This document shows, in pieces, positions 39,825 through 53,070 of a DNA stretch of 64,000 bases. The notes beneath the pieces were generated by a model. It was not told the DNA's origin. It saw only the letters and a list, made by a program, of their open reading frames with translations, and did no database searches. Origin of the DNA: Lama glama (Eukaryota). Each line of letters opens with the position of its first letter. Positions within the stretch are counted from its first letter, which is position 1. Position numbers and translations under genes: made by a program. Location: positions 32,180,001-32,244,000 of the forward strand of contig CM052816.1 of NCBI GenBank assembly GCA_028534125.1, in the 5' to 3' direction.

Positions 39825-40290
39825 TGTGTTCATTTCTTATTGCTGCTGTAACACAGCATGACAATAGTGGGTTAAAACAATGCACATTTATTCCCTTACA
39901 ATTCTGGAGCTCAGAAATCCAGAATGAATCTGAAGAGGCTAAAATTAAGGTGTCAGCAGCCCAGTTTCTTCTGGAGGCTCCAAAGGAGAACTTGTATCTT
40001 GCTCTTCCAGCTTCTAGAGGCTACAGCATCCCTTGGTTCCTGGCTGTATTACTCCAATCTCTGTTTTTGCCTTTTCATTGCCTTCTCACATATTAGGACC
40101 CTTGTAATTACATCAAATTTATCCAGATAATTAAGGATAATCCCCCATCTCAAGACCCTTAATTAAATTACATCTGCGAAGTTTCTTATACTATATGAGG
40201 TAACATATTCACAGGTTTTAGGTATTAGGACATGGAGAGCTTTGATGGTGGGGCTGGGGTGTGGAGATGGGGGCACATTATTCCACCTAC
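39825..40290 (-). mobile_element. MaLR solo LTR (MLT1B/C-like) nested in the MLT1E-like LTR
   Basis: ttattgctgctgtaaca...ttccagcttctagaggct...gtaacatattcacaggttttaggtattaggacatgg. Confidence 0.85.
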
Positions 40291-42199
40291 CTCTCTGGCT
40301 TTGAAGATGAAAGAGGTGGCTTGAGGGCACCAAGAACAGCCCCCAGCTGACAGCCAGCAAGGAAAGGGGACCTCAATCCTACAACTGCAAGGAACAGAAT
40401 TCTGCCAACAAAAATGAGTTTAGAAAGATTTTTCCAGAGTCTCCAGAAAAGAACTCACTCAAGCCAATACCTTGATTTCAACCTTGTGATAATCTAAGCA
40501 GAGAACCCAGGCATGCCATATCAGGCTTTTAACCTAAAAGAATTGTAAGCTATTATATGGCACATGATAAAATATTACATTGTTTTAAACCATTGTGGTC
40601 ATTTGTTATAGAGCAACAAGCAACAAATGCAATCTCCAAATGTTTTAACTTCAAAATATTTTGAAAATATTTTAAATATTTCATATTAGTAACAGTGTTC
40701 ATGATGCCATGCGCTAAAAGGTTTTGAATGTCATCTTCAAGTCAATAAAAAATGTGAGTAGCATGGATAGGTGCAGGCATCATGTTACTCCTGTTCTTTG
40801 TTGACACTGGTATAACTGTTTTTGTCAACACATACTCTAGTGACATATAAATGAAAGCCTTTAAAACCATAACACTCAACTATGCAGTTAGGAACAATAC
40901 ACACAAGCAAGGACTTGCAAGAAGATGGCACCACAAGAGCATGTGTGTACAACCAGCCTCCTAGAAGTCTATTAAAATAAATAAAATAAATCTGGTTTAG
41001 ATATAAAAATCTCATCTATAATAATACTAGGGTATTAACATAATCTATAATCAAAACTTCCAATAATATTTGCTCTTCCATTTATAATGAAATTTGGACA
41101 CAACCATAGGAAAATGCTGAGAACTGAAATACATCTCCATAATCTTGATCAATTTTGGTTTTCTCAAAATAGAAAAGATAACATCCTTTAACTAAAAAGG
41201 AAAATACCAATGGCAGGTTGTACGTTGATGAAAAAACAAGCATCCACTAGAGTCATATTTGCACATCCAAGGACTAACAATTAGGCAAGGTTGAAGACAG
41301 TACCAGGTACCTGTGTCACCTTTATTTTGTGCAAATCTAACTGGGATAACCCATCATTACAATCTTTAAAACAAACAGAATTAGAAGGCAATACTTCTTT
41401 CTCATGTATTACCCTAACCTCACACCCACACACACCCAGAGTGAGATAAAGATGATTTATCATATCTGGAAAATGTTTAGAAACCACATACCTGAACTGA
41501 GGCTACAGGCTGCCTGCTATCCTAGCTCACACATCACTGCTCCCCACAAACAGACATAAAATATTACCTTCCACCTAAGTTTTAAGGGGACAATTTAGAC
41601 AATGTCCATGTAAGCATGAGAGAGATCCCACCCACTCTCTGACATATAACAGAACAAGTCTCCATTTATGACTGTATCCCTAATTATCAGGCATCAAGAA
41701 GGCCTGTTCACAGAGACTGAGACCTGTCCTCCCCTCAGTCTTCTACATAGATTATCAGTGACAAAGTCTGCACACTAAGTAACAACAAGCTTCGCCAGAA
41801 TCCCAATTCCTCTAAGGTTCAAGTCAGAGCTTCTCCCATCAAAAGCAAACACCAGACAGTTCAGATCAGAGAAATGCATCCCTTAGGCTTTTTAACTCTA
41901 TAATATAGGGTCAAGTTGGAGTCCATACACTGGGTCAAAGACCCACTTCTTCATTTCCTGTTGCCTCCATCAACAGGGATCAAGAGGGAGCTTTAAGCAC
42001 CCAAAATATTCAGCCTTGCTACCACTTTCTACCTTGAGTCAATCAGGATGAATCTCACTACAGCCTTTAGTCTTGTATATATTAATCTATACAGCCCCAG
42101 ATGTCTAGGTCCACCCTCATCTCCTACCTTGTAATCCCCATAAGGTTCTGCCAGCTCCTTATCTATTCTCTTCCCCGAACCTTCCTGAAATCCTTTTAC

Positions 42200-43330
42200 T
42201 AGACTTTTGGAGCTCCATTGTTGTCACAGTCTCAAACATTCCCAGCCACTTCTCTGATTCCCTTTATCCTCTTACTCTAAGGGAAACCAGGCATTGCCCT
42301 GAGGACACTGCTTCCTGCACAGCCCTCTTAAGTGAAGGCCGATTTTCTCCCACAGCCCTTATATCCCTGAGTACAGGACTGAGATGGATATCCTCTCTGT
42401 TGCTCATTCCTTTCTCATGTCCATCTATATTTCACGGGATCATATTTTCTCCTACCCCTCAATATTGCTCTATCCACAGACCTTCCACCAGGCCATTCAC
42501 TCTCGTGTTTCAAAGACTTTCACACTTTCACTTCTGGCTCATTGTCCTCCTCTCCAGACTAACTCTTTCTTAATTTTTGGAGATTTCAATATACATATAG
42601 TTAATTTTTTAAAATCCCTAGCTTCTCAGTTCCCTGAACCTCTCTCCTTTAGTGATATTGTTTTCCATATTATTTTAGCTACCTACTCTCATGGTTGTAC
42701 CATAGACTTTGTCATTATAACTTTAACCTCTCCATTATGATAATTTCACATATTCTACTATCAGAAAATCACCTTCTTTTGTTCTTTTCACTCCATCTAA
42801 TACCACAACTTCAGCAATCCTCTGACTCCACTAGGACTCCAGATAATTAATCTTACCAACATTTCACTGTACCTCACCTTCCTGATACTTCTCACCCTTC
42901 TTTAAGCTTTATTCTCAATCAGTAACTCTCTTGTCCTTCTCCTCCGTCCTTATAAATACTTGGAAAATTTCTAATCTTGGTTAAATTTAACCTTTCAATC
43001 TCTACATGCCTGCACCTTTGCAGTTGGATGTGGCTTTAAAAAACATATACACACAAACACACACACAACTACCGTGATTGGTATTACTTTGAATTCCTGA
43101 TCACAAACCTCAATCTCCTAATGCTCTCTGGCTGTCGTACTACACTTTTGTAGTCTGTTCATTCTCTACTCTTCTAGAAATTCATTTTATTTTTTCTCAT
43201 TTCTCCTCAAACTTCCATCATCTCCTCCCGCATCCTCACTCTTATGATTTTGCTTCCAACTTCACTATGAAAATTGAAGCAATGGGAGGACAGGATTCAC
43301 AAACTCCTACTACATCTACCCAATTGCCAG
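42200..43330 (+). mobile_element. L2 LINE remnant including the AP-endonuclease domain
   Basis: ORF 42384-42740 contains LIFGDFNIH and ATYSHGCTIDFVI (APE motifs GDFN and THxxGHTLDLV); pyrimidine-rich L2 sense sequence follows. Confidence 0.8.
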
Positions 43331-43339
43331 TCTTGCATA

Positions 43340-43554
43340 TGTTACCTGTTACATGACAGCTTCCTGACTCTCGCAGAGGAAGCAGATCCCACAGTACTTA
43401 AGGTCTGGAGTGCTGATCTGGGATCATTCTTGAAGACCCAGTCTAGAATCTGCTCCTGTCCTTCCAGATGCTGTAATACAAACTTTCCAGCTGTAAATTT
43501 CTTGTGCTTAAAACAGCTGGCTTTCTTTATCTGCAACTTAACTCTGACTGATAC
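43340..43554 (+). mobile_element. Old ERVL-type LTR 3' fragment
   Basis: Ends tgcttaaaacagctgg...tctgcaacttaactctgactgataca. Confidence 0.5.
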
Positions 43555-43599
43555 ATCAATCAAATGTCAGTGAAATGCAGGGGGGAAATCTAATATGGT

Positions 43600-46500
43600 T
43601 GATAGGGTTTCTAAGGAAATAAAGGCATATGCCCAACAAGTGACAGATGAGGAAAAGATTTTGAAGTGGGAGATACTCTAGGAAACAGAAGAAAATTTTA
43701 GACAAAATATCTTAAATAGGTAATTGGATCAAAGAGAAGAGATGCAAGAGAACAAAAGTGAGATGATATTTCAACTGAAGAAGATATAAAAGGGATCTAG
43801 TAAAGCTAAGAAGAAAACAACATTACAGAAATAAAATAAGAAAATTGGAAGCAGCAAGACAATAAGCCAACACTGGTGAGAACACTGCAACATGGAGGAG
43901 ATGCTCAGGAAAATAACAGAGAAATGAAGATAATAAATTTCTAAGGTAGTCAATACATAAAGCAGGGAACAGAACGTAAAAATTATTCATCAGTGGAACA
44001 TTTCTTTTCTAAAAGGACACCTATATATTAACCTTAAAAGGCCTAACTGTGATCCATGAAAAAACAAAGAATCATACTTACTAATGTATTATTAAATTTC
44101 AAAAACAAAGACTTTTATAAGTACCTGAGAAGGAGAATCAGATCCCCTACAAATGTAAATTAAAATAATCTCAGACTTCACATCAGCAACACTGAAGGCC
44201 AACAACAACAAAAAAAAAAATACCAAAGGAACTACATCTATGGAGGGCTGAAGGGAAAGGAACAGGATCTAAACACTATATATCCATCCAGACTGTCATT
44301 CAAAGAGCAGGAGGAAGTGTAATTTCTCAGGAATAAAAGCACTAAAAGCTCTTCTTGAAAAAGAAATATACATTAATTCTTAATAGAGCCAACTAAAAGA
44401 TGATCAAAAACAAAAATCTCACAAGTGAAGAAAAACCTATGAAAGAGCTGGTGGCATATACTGATTCAGAATAATATAAGTAATAGAATATAAATGGGAG
44501 AGTAATAACATTATTTTTCCTGAAAGAAAAGCTATATAAGTATTTTTATATTAATACAGCAAGTGATCACCACAAAAATTCTAAGATGGTCCAACACAAA
44601 CCATGGAAAAAACTGAAGAATATTCACACTCTAAAGTCCCACTGTTATTAGCAAATTATTAAAAATTAACTAATTAATCAAATGAAGTTAAACCACAAAA
44701 TCAATCTAAAGCAAGCAGAATGAAATAGTAATAATTTTTAAAAAGAGGATTAACTAATCAGAAATAGAAATGCAATAGAATTGATAACCTTAAAAGTAAT
44801 TCCTAAAATAATAAATTACAGGATAACTATTTTGAAATAACACAGTTCAATAAACACAAAATTAAGAATGGGCATGAGGGTAAAACACAAATATGCCATA
44901 AATCAAGGGAATTACAAGGAAAGATTTGCACAATTTAAATCTAATAAAGCTTTAAACCAAGATAAAATGGATGATTCAAATCCAATAAAAATTTTAACAA
45001 AAACTATGAGGATGAGCACAAGAAGAGATGGACAGATTATTTAATACAGTCCATGATTATTGGTTATTTTAATTCTATAGAGCTACTTCCCTAAACATCA
45101 CAGAGTCACAACAATTTCACAAATAAACTGTTTCAAATTTCCAAGAAATAAAATTCTTATCCTATTTAAACTATATTGGAGCACAGTTTTAAAAAAAAGA
45201 GAGAGAAATGCTTCCCAGGCTGTTTATAAAATTAGCCATTACTGCTCCCATAATCATAGAAATGTAGCTTTAAAAAAGAAAATATAGGTTAATTTTACTT
45301 ATTTAGTTATAGTCATTCCAGGAAGACAGGGATGGATCAAAATTAAGAATTGTATTAATAATATTCACCATATATTCATCTAAATAGATAGCAAAAATGC
45401 ATGTGATAAAACTTAATTTAAAATTGGTTTTAAATCAATTATTGATTCTTGATTTTTTTTAATTTCAATAAATAAACATTTACAGTTATTTAATTAACAT
45501 GATAGCATATGTAACTCAAAAGCTAGCATTATACTTAATTTAAGACGCTAGAAGCATAAACATCAAAGTCAGCAGCAGGGTGAGATGATACCTAACATTA
45601 CCACAAATAGCTTCACTTTGCACTGGAAGAACTCTGAAAACAGAGCACTGGAGTAAGATTTAGAAAAACAAAAAAGAAAGGCAATGTCATTAATATCTAC
45701 AGACTGCATGACTGTCTGGAAAACCAAAGGGAATCAACTATAAAAGTACTAGAGAAAACAGAGTATTCAGCATTTAGCTGGATTCAAAATTAACACACAA
45801 AAATCAATAGTTTTCTCTATTTTATAAAATACAGTGAAAAAAATATTTATAATAGAAATAAAAACTACAAAACGTCCTGGGAAAACTGACCGGAAATGCA
45901 TAGTCTTCATAAGAAAAAGAATATAAAATTCCAATGAGGAGACTTAAAAAATGAGTTTTACTTTGGGGTAGAAAGACACAAAAACTTAAAGGTATTGTTT
46001 TTCATCAAATTAGTCTATAAATTAATGTTATAAAAATTAATATCGCCACTGTACTTTTAAAGTTGGGTCCACAATTTGAACAAAGGAGAGTAGAAAGCAT
46101 CTTAAATATTCAAATATATTAAAGGATCAGCACAGAAATAGACAACCAGAATTAATAAAACAAAACAGACCCAACTGTATGGAAATGTAGTATTGGATAA
46201 AGATGGCATTTCAAATTGGTGGAGAGAAAAATGGAAAGAAGCAGGTTGCACAATGAGCCAGCCATTTTGAAAAGGATAGAAATTTGGAAAATAATTAAAC
46301 TGAATCATGCCTTATATCTTATTAGAAAATATCTGAAGAATAAAAACTTACATACAAAGCAAAAAAGTAAATTCACAAAGAAACTAAAGGAAACAATGGC
46401 AAATATCTCTTATAAACTTAGATTGCAGGAGGTATTTCCAAGCATGATGTGAAATCTAGAAGCAATGAAGTAAATGACAGACACATATGCTTACATGAAA

Positions 46501-47500
46501 ATGTGAAACTTCTGTAATGCAAAATATACTATAAACAAAATGAAGAGAACAGAGTCGATCAGAGAAAAGTACAGACAATACAGAGAAAAGACAAAAGTTT
46601 CATATCCCTAATCTATATTAATATATGTAATGTATTACTATATAATATATGGGAAAGCAACAGAAAGTATTTTGCATCAAAATCATTTATGATGTTTCCA
46701 GTAAAACGAAAAATCAAAGAACTTACTTAGACAGACCTGTGCTCCTTAATTAACACTTTGGAAATGTCTTATAGCAAATGATCTCCTAGGAATTGTTAAC
46801 TCATTAATATATGATATATTAACATTATATTAAAGTCTGTATTTTAAAAGGCAATTAACTCAATAGGGAAAAAATATATATGAACAGGCAACTCATAGAA
46901 GAAATTCTGTGGGCCAAGAAACTTGTAAAAACAATTAAATACATTTAAATTAAAACATAATTAACAAAGATTCTGGCAAAGAATCAACAGAATTAGCAAA
47001 GACCAACAACAGATCCTAGCCAGTATTGGTGAGTGTCTATACAGGTGTAGCTTAATACAACTTTATTTGGCAGAGCAATTAATCACATACCGATTGGCAA
47101 ACTATGTATTGACAATCTACTAAAATTTTAAAAGTTCAGAATCTTTGATCCAATACTGCATGTACTAATTTAGAGTCAGAAAAAGAGGGAAGAGGAGTGG
47201 GGGGGTGAGAACAGGGGATATGGGGAAGAGGAATAAGAAGAAGAGAATGAAGGGGAGGAGGAAGAAGAAGGTGGGGGGAAGGAGGAGGAGAAGAAAAAGA
47301 GAGGGAGGAGGTAGGGGAGGAAGGGAAGAATCCCATAAAAAGCAAAAACTAAACTCTGGAAGAAAGTACACAAACTGTTAGTGACAGTTACTTTTGGAGG
47401 ATGAGGCTGTAGGGGAATTTCAATGTATTGTTAAATATTTGTGAAGCATTTAATTCTTTTTAATAACAAGAATATACTAATTTTGAAATCAAATACTTCA
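43600..47500 (+). mobile_element. Long, highly degenerate L1 (L1ME-like; ORF1 to 3' end)
   Basis: A-rich strand bias and collinear L1 motifs (tcagacttcacatcagcaacactg, aaagcaagcagaatgaa, ggattcaaaattaacacacaaaaatcaatag, aaacttctgtaatgcaaaa). Confidence 0.75.
47178..47330. repeat. Purine-rich (GA/GGA) low-complexity tract
   Basis: Nearly pure G/A sequence. Confidence 0.9.
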
Positions 47501-48894
47501 AAAGTAAAATGAAATTGCAAGCAAGCTTAGAAAGACAGCATTTCTTCTAAGTTGATTTTGTTGCTAATTTTTTCCTGCCAAGAGCACATCTAGAGCCCCT
47601 ACAGATACAATTTCTGATTTCCATTGCAGTTCTGACCATCCCATTGCCTCTGTTCATGCACTGTAAAAACAGAGGAGAATGGAATGGTCTCCATCAAAGT
47701 TTTACCATTTAACACCCAACATGACACAATCCATTTCCCCAAAGTGCTCAGATTGTTGATTTTAAGAACCATTAAGCAAGAAATGCTGGAAAGCTAGCGC
47801 TGAGTTATATAAATAATGATCTGAGAGGAATGAAAACGATTGTACTTTGCCAAGTCAGCAATCTAAGAATTCTGTTGGGGAAGCAACAGAAAGTTGTTTA
47901 CATCAAGATAGTTTGTGATGTTTCCAATAAAACTAAAAATCAAAGAACTTACTTGGCCAGGTTTCTCCTTAATTAATACTTTGGAAGTGCCTTATCAGCA
48001 AAAGGTCTCCTAGGAATTGTTAACCCTGCTCAGTGGAGTGAAGAGGATTTTCACCTTTTGACCTAAAATTTTGGAATCTTCCCTAGCATTGATTCAGTAC
48101 CGAAAAAAATCAATTCAGTATTGACTTCTACATAATAAACAATATATTAAACAGATTTTTATATATTAATTTCTATGCCTCTACATATTTATATTCTCAC
48201 AAACTAAGCAATGACAAAAATGATGAAAGGAATTTGGAAAAATATAGCTTGGTAACCAATTCTCCCAATACACAATACACAAATTATTTCAAAGACAATG
48301 AGAGTCAAATCTCCCCAAGGATTTTTTTTTCATTCCCACTGATGTGCATAGAGATGACTCAAAGAAATTGAAGTCAACACCAACCCATCTTCTGCAACTT
48401 GGAAATAGTTTAGGGGTGTGTGTATTTAATGGACAAGTGCATACCTTGGATGCTCCGTGTGTCCTCCATGAAGTAAAGAAACAGCTTGCTTCTCTATACC
48501 CTTCTCATCTTTTGGGTGACATCTCTCATAGCGTCTAGATAATTGTACTGCACAGTCATTTTAATTCAAACCTCATTTGTGTGTTTAGAGTACAGCAGTC
48601 CTTGCCTTTCGTAGTTTGTTTCTAGTCTAGTCTTCAAGTGAAGTTTGTGATCATCTTAAGAGAGATCCAAAATTAGGACACCTCTGTGAGTAAAACTCCA
48701 CCATGGTTGATCTGGAAAAGAAAGAAATTCTGGTACCTGGTGTTCAAGGGTTTGAATTAGAGGCAGATCACAGCTGAATAGCAACAAAGAATATACAAAA
48801 GAGAAAAGATGGTAATTCATAAGGTGTCTTGGTCTCATTCAATTTAGAACAAAAAGGAACCTCATACTTTGATAGACTTTATTAATGGTCACTA

Positions 48895-49203
48895 ATATTT
48901 AGGTCTTCCTCCTGGACACAGAATACTGTACCTCCAGTCACACTTGTAATTGGTCAATGCTGAAAGCGGAAGTGCTGCATGTCTCTTTCAGGTGGAAATA
49001 TTCAGTTACTGGCAAGAGACCCTCTGGAGCTTCCCACCTGATGTGCTGACCAGATAAACACATAAAATAAGTGTTATGAGATGGTGCACTCTTCATCATG
49101 GGACCCTGACTGACTGTGAAAAGAGGAGACCTATTGCTGGTGTGTTTTTGAGATTTGAGGGATTCGTTACAGCTGCATAACCGAACTTGTCTTGAAAAAT
49201 ATA
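48895..49203 (+). mobile_element. MaLR LTR (MLT1J-like)
   Basis: ttcctcctggacacagaa...gaagtgctgcatgtctctttcaggtggaa...gagatttgagggattcgttacagctgcataacc. Confidence 0.65.
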
Positions 49204-49689
49204 TATGCTTCATCAATTACAATGGTAATAGATAAATGACCTTTTTGATGTCATCATTATGGCCAACAAAGATGAGTTTGGGACTTAGTATTATCATTTC
49301 AAATCTAGAATAAATTTCATGATATATCTGGCTATACACATAAATAAGCATATAAATAAATAGGTGGATAAAGAGAACTTTATAGATAATTTACAAAAAT
49401 AATTGGGTTTTTTTCCAATTTGCCTTTTATTTCCAAATACTTTGGGATTTTTTAATGAATAATATTTTAATGACAGAAGATGGGGCTAAAAACATAAATT
49501 CATCCTTATCTAGTTAACAGCATGGGTACATGTAACAGTGGGAGTGGGAAGGAGTGGGAATGAGATATTGTTAAATAAATGATAAGTTTATAAGCCACTG
49601 ATGTATCATATAACATGGGAATACATGCTTAGCCTGAGACAGTTCTATTCTGATGAGACAATTAGCTAGTATATTGGATATTTTCTATT

Positions 49690-50030
49690 TGCTTAGTACG
49701 ATTACATTATCTCTCCTTTCATCCTGCTCCTACCTAATAGGCTCTCAGGCATTTTGGGTTCAGCCAACAGGGATGCTTAAGTAGAAAATAAAGAAAGAAG
49801 AGAATATGGTCAGAGTACCATGACCCTAACTCTTTGCTTGGAAAATCACCTCAACCTGGCTTTGTCTCTCAAAAGAAAGTCACCTGTTCTCTCAAGGAAG
49901 TGTACCCTACTCTCATTCTTCTGACTTCCATTAACATCTTCCTCCCCTTGTAGCTTCCAGCCTAGGGGTGGTAACAGCTCCACTATTTCTAGCTCCAGGT
50001 TCCTCCATTACCCTTGACATCTTACAGAAC
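49690..50030. mobile_element. LTR16-like ERVL LTR remnant
   Basis: ttgggttcagccaacagg...cagcctaggggtggtaacagctcc. Confidence 0.55.
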
Positions 50031-50159
50031 TGTACAACAGATCAGACTCAATAAAAGAAATGTTTAAGTATTGGCTCTTACAGCTATTGAGCTGAGAAAG
50101 AAGGAATTTAACATTATTATTTCCAGTGAATCACAACACTTGATTTGACTTGATTTTCT

Positions 50160-52070
50160 GGTTTATTCTTTTTTTATTGAAGTATAGTCAGTTTAAAATG
50201 TGCCAATTTCTGGTGTACAGTATAATGTTTTAGTCATACATACATACATATATTCCTTTTCATATTCTTTTTCACTATAGGTTACTACAAGATATTGAAT
50301 ATAGTTTCCTGTGGTATATAGTAGAAACATGTTGTTTATCTATTTTATATATAGTAATTAGCACCTGAAAGTTTCAAACTCCCAATTTATCCCTTTCCAG
50401 CCACTCTGGTAACCATAAATTTGTTCTCTACATCTGTGCGTCTGTTTCTCTTTTGTAAATAAATTCATTTGTATCTCTTTTTTTTTTAGATTCCAAATAT
50501 AAGTGATATCATCTCTTTCTGGCTTACTTCACTTAGAATGATGATCTCCAGGTCCATTCATGTTGCTGCAAATGGCATTAGTTTATTCTTTTTATGGCTG
50601 AGTAGTATTCCATTGTATAAATATACCACAACTTCTCTATCCAGTCATTTGTCAATGGACATTTAGGTTGTTTCCATGTCTTGGCTATTGTAAACATTGC
50701 TGCTGTGAACATTGGGGTGCATGTATTTTTTCGAATTATATTTTTCTCTAGATATATGCCCAGGAGTGGGATTGCTGGATCAAATGGTAAGATTATTTTT
50801 AGTTTTTTAAGGAACCTCCATACTGTCCTCCATAGTGGCTGCACCAAATTACACTCCCACCAACAGTGCAGGAAGGTTTCTTTGTCTCCACAGCCTTTCC
50901 AGAATTTATTATTTGCAAACTTCTTAATGATAGCCATTCTGACTATTGTGAGATGATACTTCATTGTAGTTTTGATTTGCATTTCTCTAACAATATGTGT
51001 TGTTGAAAATCTTTTCATATGCCTGCTGACCAGCCAAATGTCTTCTTTGGAGAGATGTCTATTCAGGTCTTTTGCCCACTTTTTAATTGGGTTGCTTGTT
51101 GTTGTTGTTGTTGTTGTTTTTGATATTAAGCTGTATGAGCTGTTTGTATGTTTTGGAAATTAGTCCTTTGTTGGTTGCATCGTTTGCAAATATTTTCTCC
51201 CATCCTGTAGATTGTCTTTTCATTTTATTGATGGTATCTTTTGCTGTGCAAAAGCTTTTAAGTTTAATTAGGTTCCATTTTTTAATTTTTCCTTTTATTT
51301 CTATTACTCTAGGAGCTGGTTTGAAAAAAATATTGCTGCAATTTATGTCCAAGAGTCTTCTGCTTATGTTTTACTCTAGGAGTTTTATAGTATGTGATCT
51401 AACATTTAGGTCTTTAATCCATTTTCAGTTTATTTTCGTATATGGTGCTAGAGAATGTTCTAATTTCAGTCTTTTACAGGTAGCTGTCCAGTTTTCCCAG
51501 CACCACTTATTGAAGAGACTGTCTTTTCTCCATTGCATCTTGCCTCCTTTGTCATAAATTGATTGACCATAAGTGTATGGGGCTATTTCTGGATTTTCTA
51601 TCCTGTTCCATTGATCAATGTGTCTGTTTTTGTGCCAGTACTATACTGTTTTGACTACTGTAGCTTTGTAGTACAGTCTGAAGCCAGGGAGCATAATTCC
51701 CCCGTTCTTCCTTCTTAAGATTAGTTTGGCTATTTGGGGTATTTTGTGTTTCCATACAAATTTTAACATTTTTTGTACCAGTTCTATGAAAAATGTCATT
51801 TGTAATTTGATAGGGACTGCACTGAATCTGTATATTGTTTTGGGTAGTATGGCCATTTTAACAATATTGATTCTTTCAATCCCAGAACATAGTATATCTT
51901 TCTGCCTGTCTGTGTCATCTTCAGTTTCTTTCATCAGTGTCTTATAGTTTTTGGAGTACAGGTTCTTTGCCTCTGTAGGCAGGTTTATTCCTAGGTATTT
52001 TATTCTTTTTTTGATGTGATATTAAATGGGATTATTTATTTAATTTCTTTTTCTGCTATTTCATTGTTAG
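50160..52070 (-). mobile_element. 5'-truncated L1 (about 1.9 kb)
   Basis: Minus ORFs 50578-51018, 51083-51352 and 51641-51934 are consecutive L1 ORF2 pieces; TSD acaacactt(g/t)attt at 50133-50146 and 52072-52085. Confidence 0.95.
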
Positions 52071-52139
52071 GACAACACTTTATTTTAAAACCAGAAGAGT
52101 AACATAATACATCGTTTATAAAAAAATCCAGTTGTTATT

Positions 52140-53070
52140 TTATTAGAGCTCTCCCTTCAAGTTTATACAGTAAAATAATTTTGTAAAGAATCTGAACATA
52201 AAGAGAGCAATCAACTAGGTGGGAGAACAAAACAACTTTTGCAACAGAAGCAGGTGACAAAAAAACACCGCATGTCCCTAAACACAGCAGGTAACAATAA
52301 ACTAACAGTATCCACAAGATCTACATGTGTCAGTATCTGTGTGGGAGAAGACAGAGAGAAGAAATGGGGAGTCTGATGGGTCTGGAAAGTGAATAAGCAA
52401 AACAGTGCACAGGTACACCCTGGGAAGCAAGAACAGCCAATTTGAAAACAGCAGTAAAAACTGAAAAGCATTTTGCCCAACTTAATAGTGAACAATTGCA
52501 AGGCACCCACAGTAAGTCTGAAAAAGACTGAAGTACTGTGGGTCACATGAATTGTCAAAATCAAACAGCCAGAAATTCCTTTCAAGAGAGAGCCCCACAA
52601 TGGAGAGAAACTTATTCAAATGAAATAAAAATACAGGAAAAATTTGGACAGCATAGAAAAATGAAAAAGAAGGCCCAGGTAAGTAGGGAAAGGGAATTAG
52701 AGCCAGGAAATCTCAAAAAGTAAGTGAATATATGGTCTGATGCTTCAAAAATATATAAAAACTGAAGTGGGAGGACTGAAAATTAAGAAAACTACCTTGA
52801 GCAACAGAACCATATCTTCTAAAATTTAGGAAAACTAGTTTCACATAAATATGAGCAACAGAAAAGTATCTAGGTCAAATTCAACACAAAGTTATAGAAG
52901 AAAAAAAGGAGAAAAAAATAATACTACCCCTCTGGACCTTGAAAACATACGAGAAATGCATAAGCACAAAACAGGTCTAATCATGATCTCCTAGATCAAA
53001 TGAAGCTAAAAGTTATTAAAACTATGTAATTTAAAAGAACAACATAAATCAGAATTATAATTCAGAGTAT
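52140..53070 (+). mobile_element. Probable old L1 5' region remnant
   Basis: A-rich strand bias and L1M 5'-like motifs; not precisely assignable. Confidence 0.4.

Larger units (their letters stand above)
37925..40631 (+). mobile_element. MaLR solo LTR (MLT1E-like) split by an L1 and a second LTR
   Basis: Starts tgtggtaggcagaat, ends ...aaatgca; 5-bp TSD ATCTC at 37920-37924 and 40632-40636; pieces at about 37925-38130, 39719-39824 and 40291-40631. Confidence 0.85.

Noticed and set aside
47136..47373. Three overlapping Pro/Ser/Leu-rich ORFs
   Set aside because: Artefact of the low-complexity purine tract.
51087..51557. Hydrophobic plus-strand ORFs (also 39286-39660, 50681-50956, 6344-6619 on minus)
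   Set aside because: Antisense readings of L1 ORF2, not membrane proteins.
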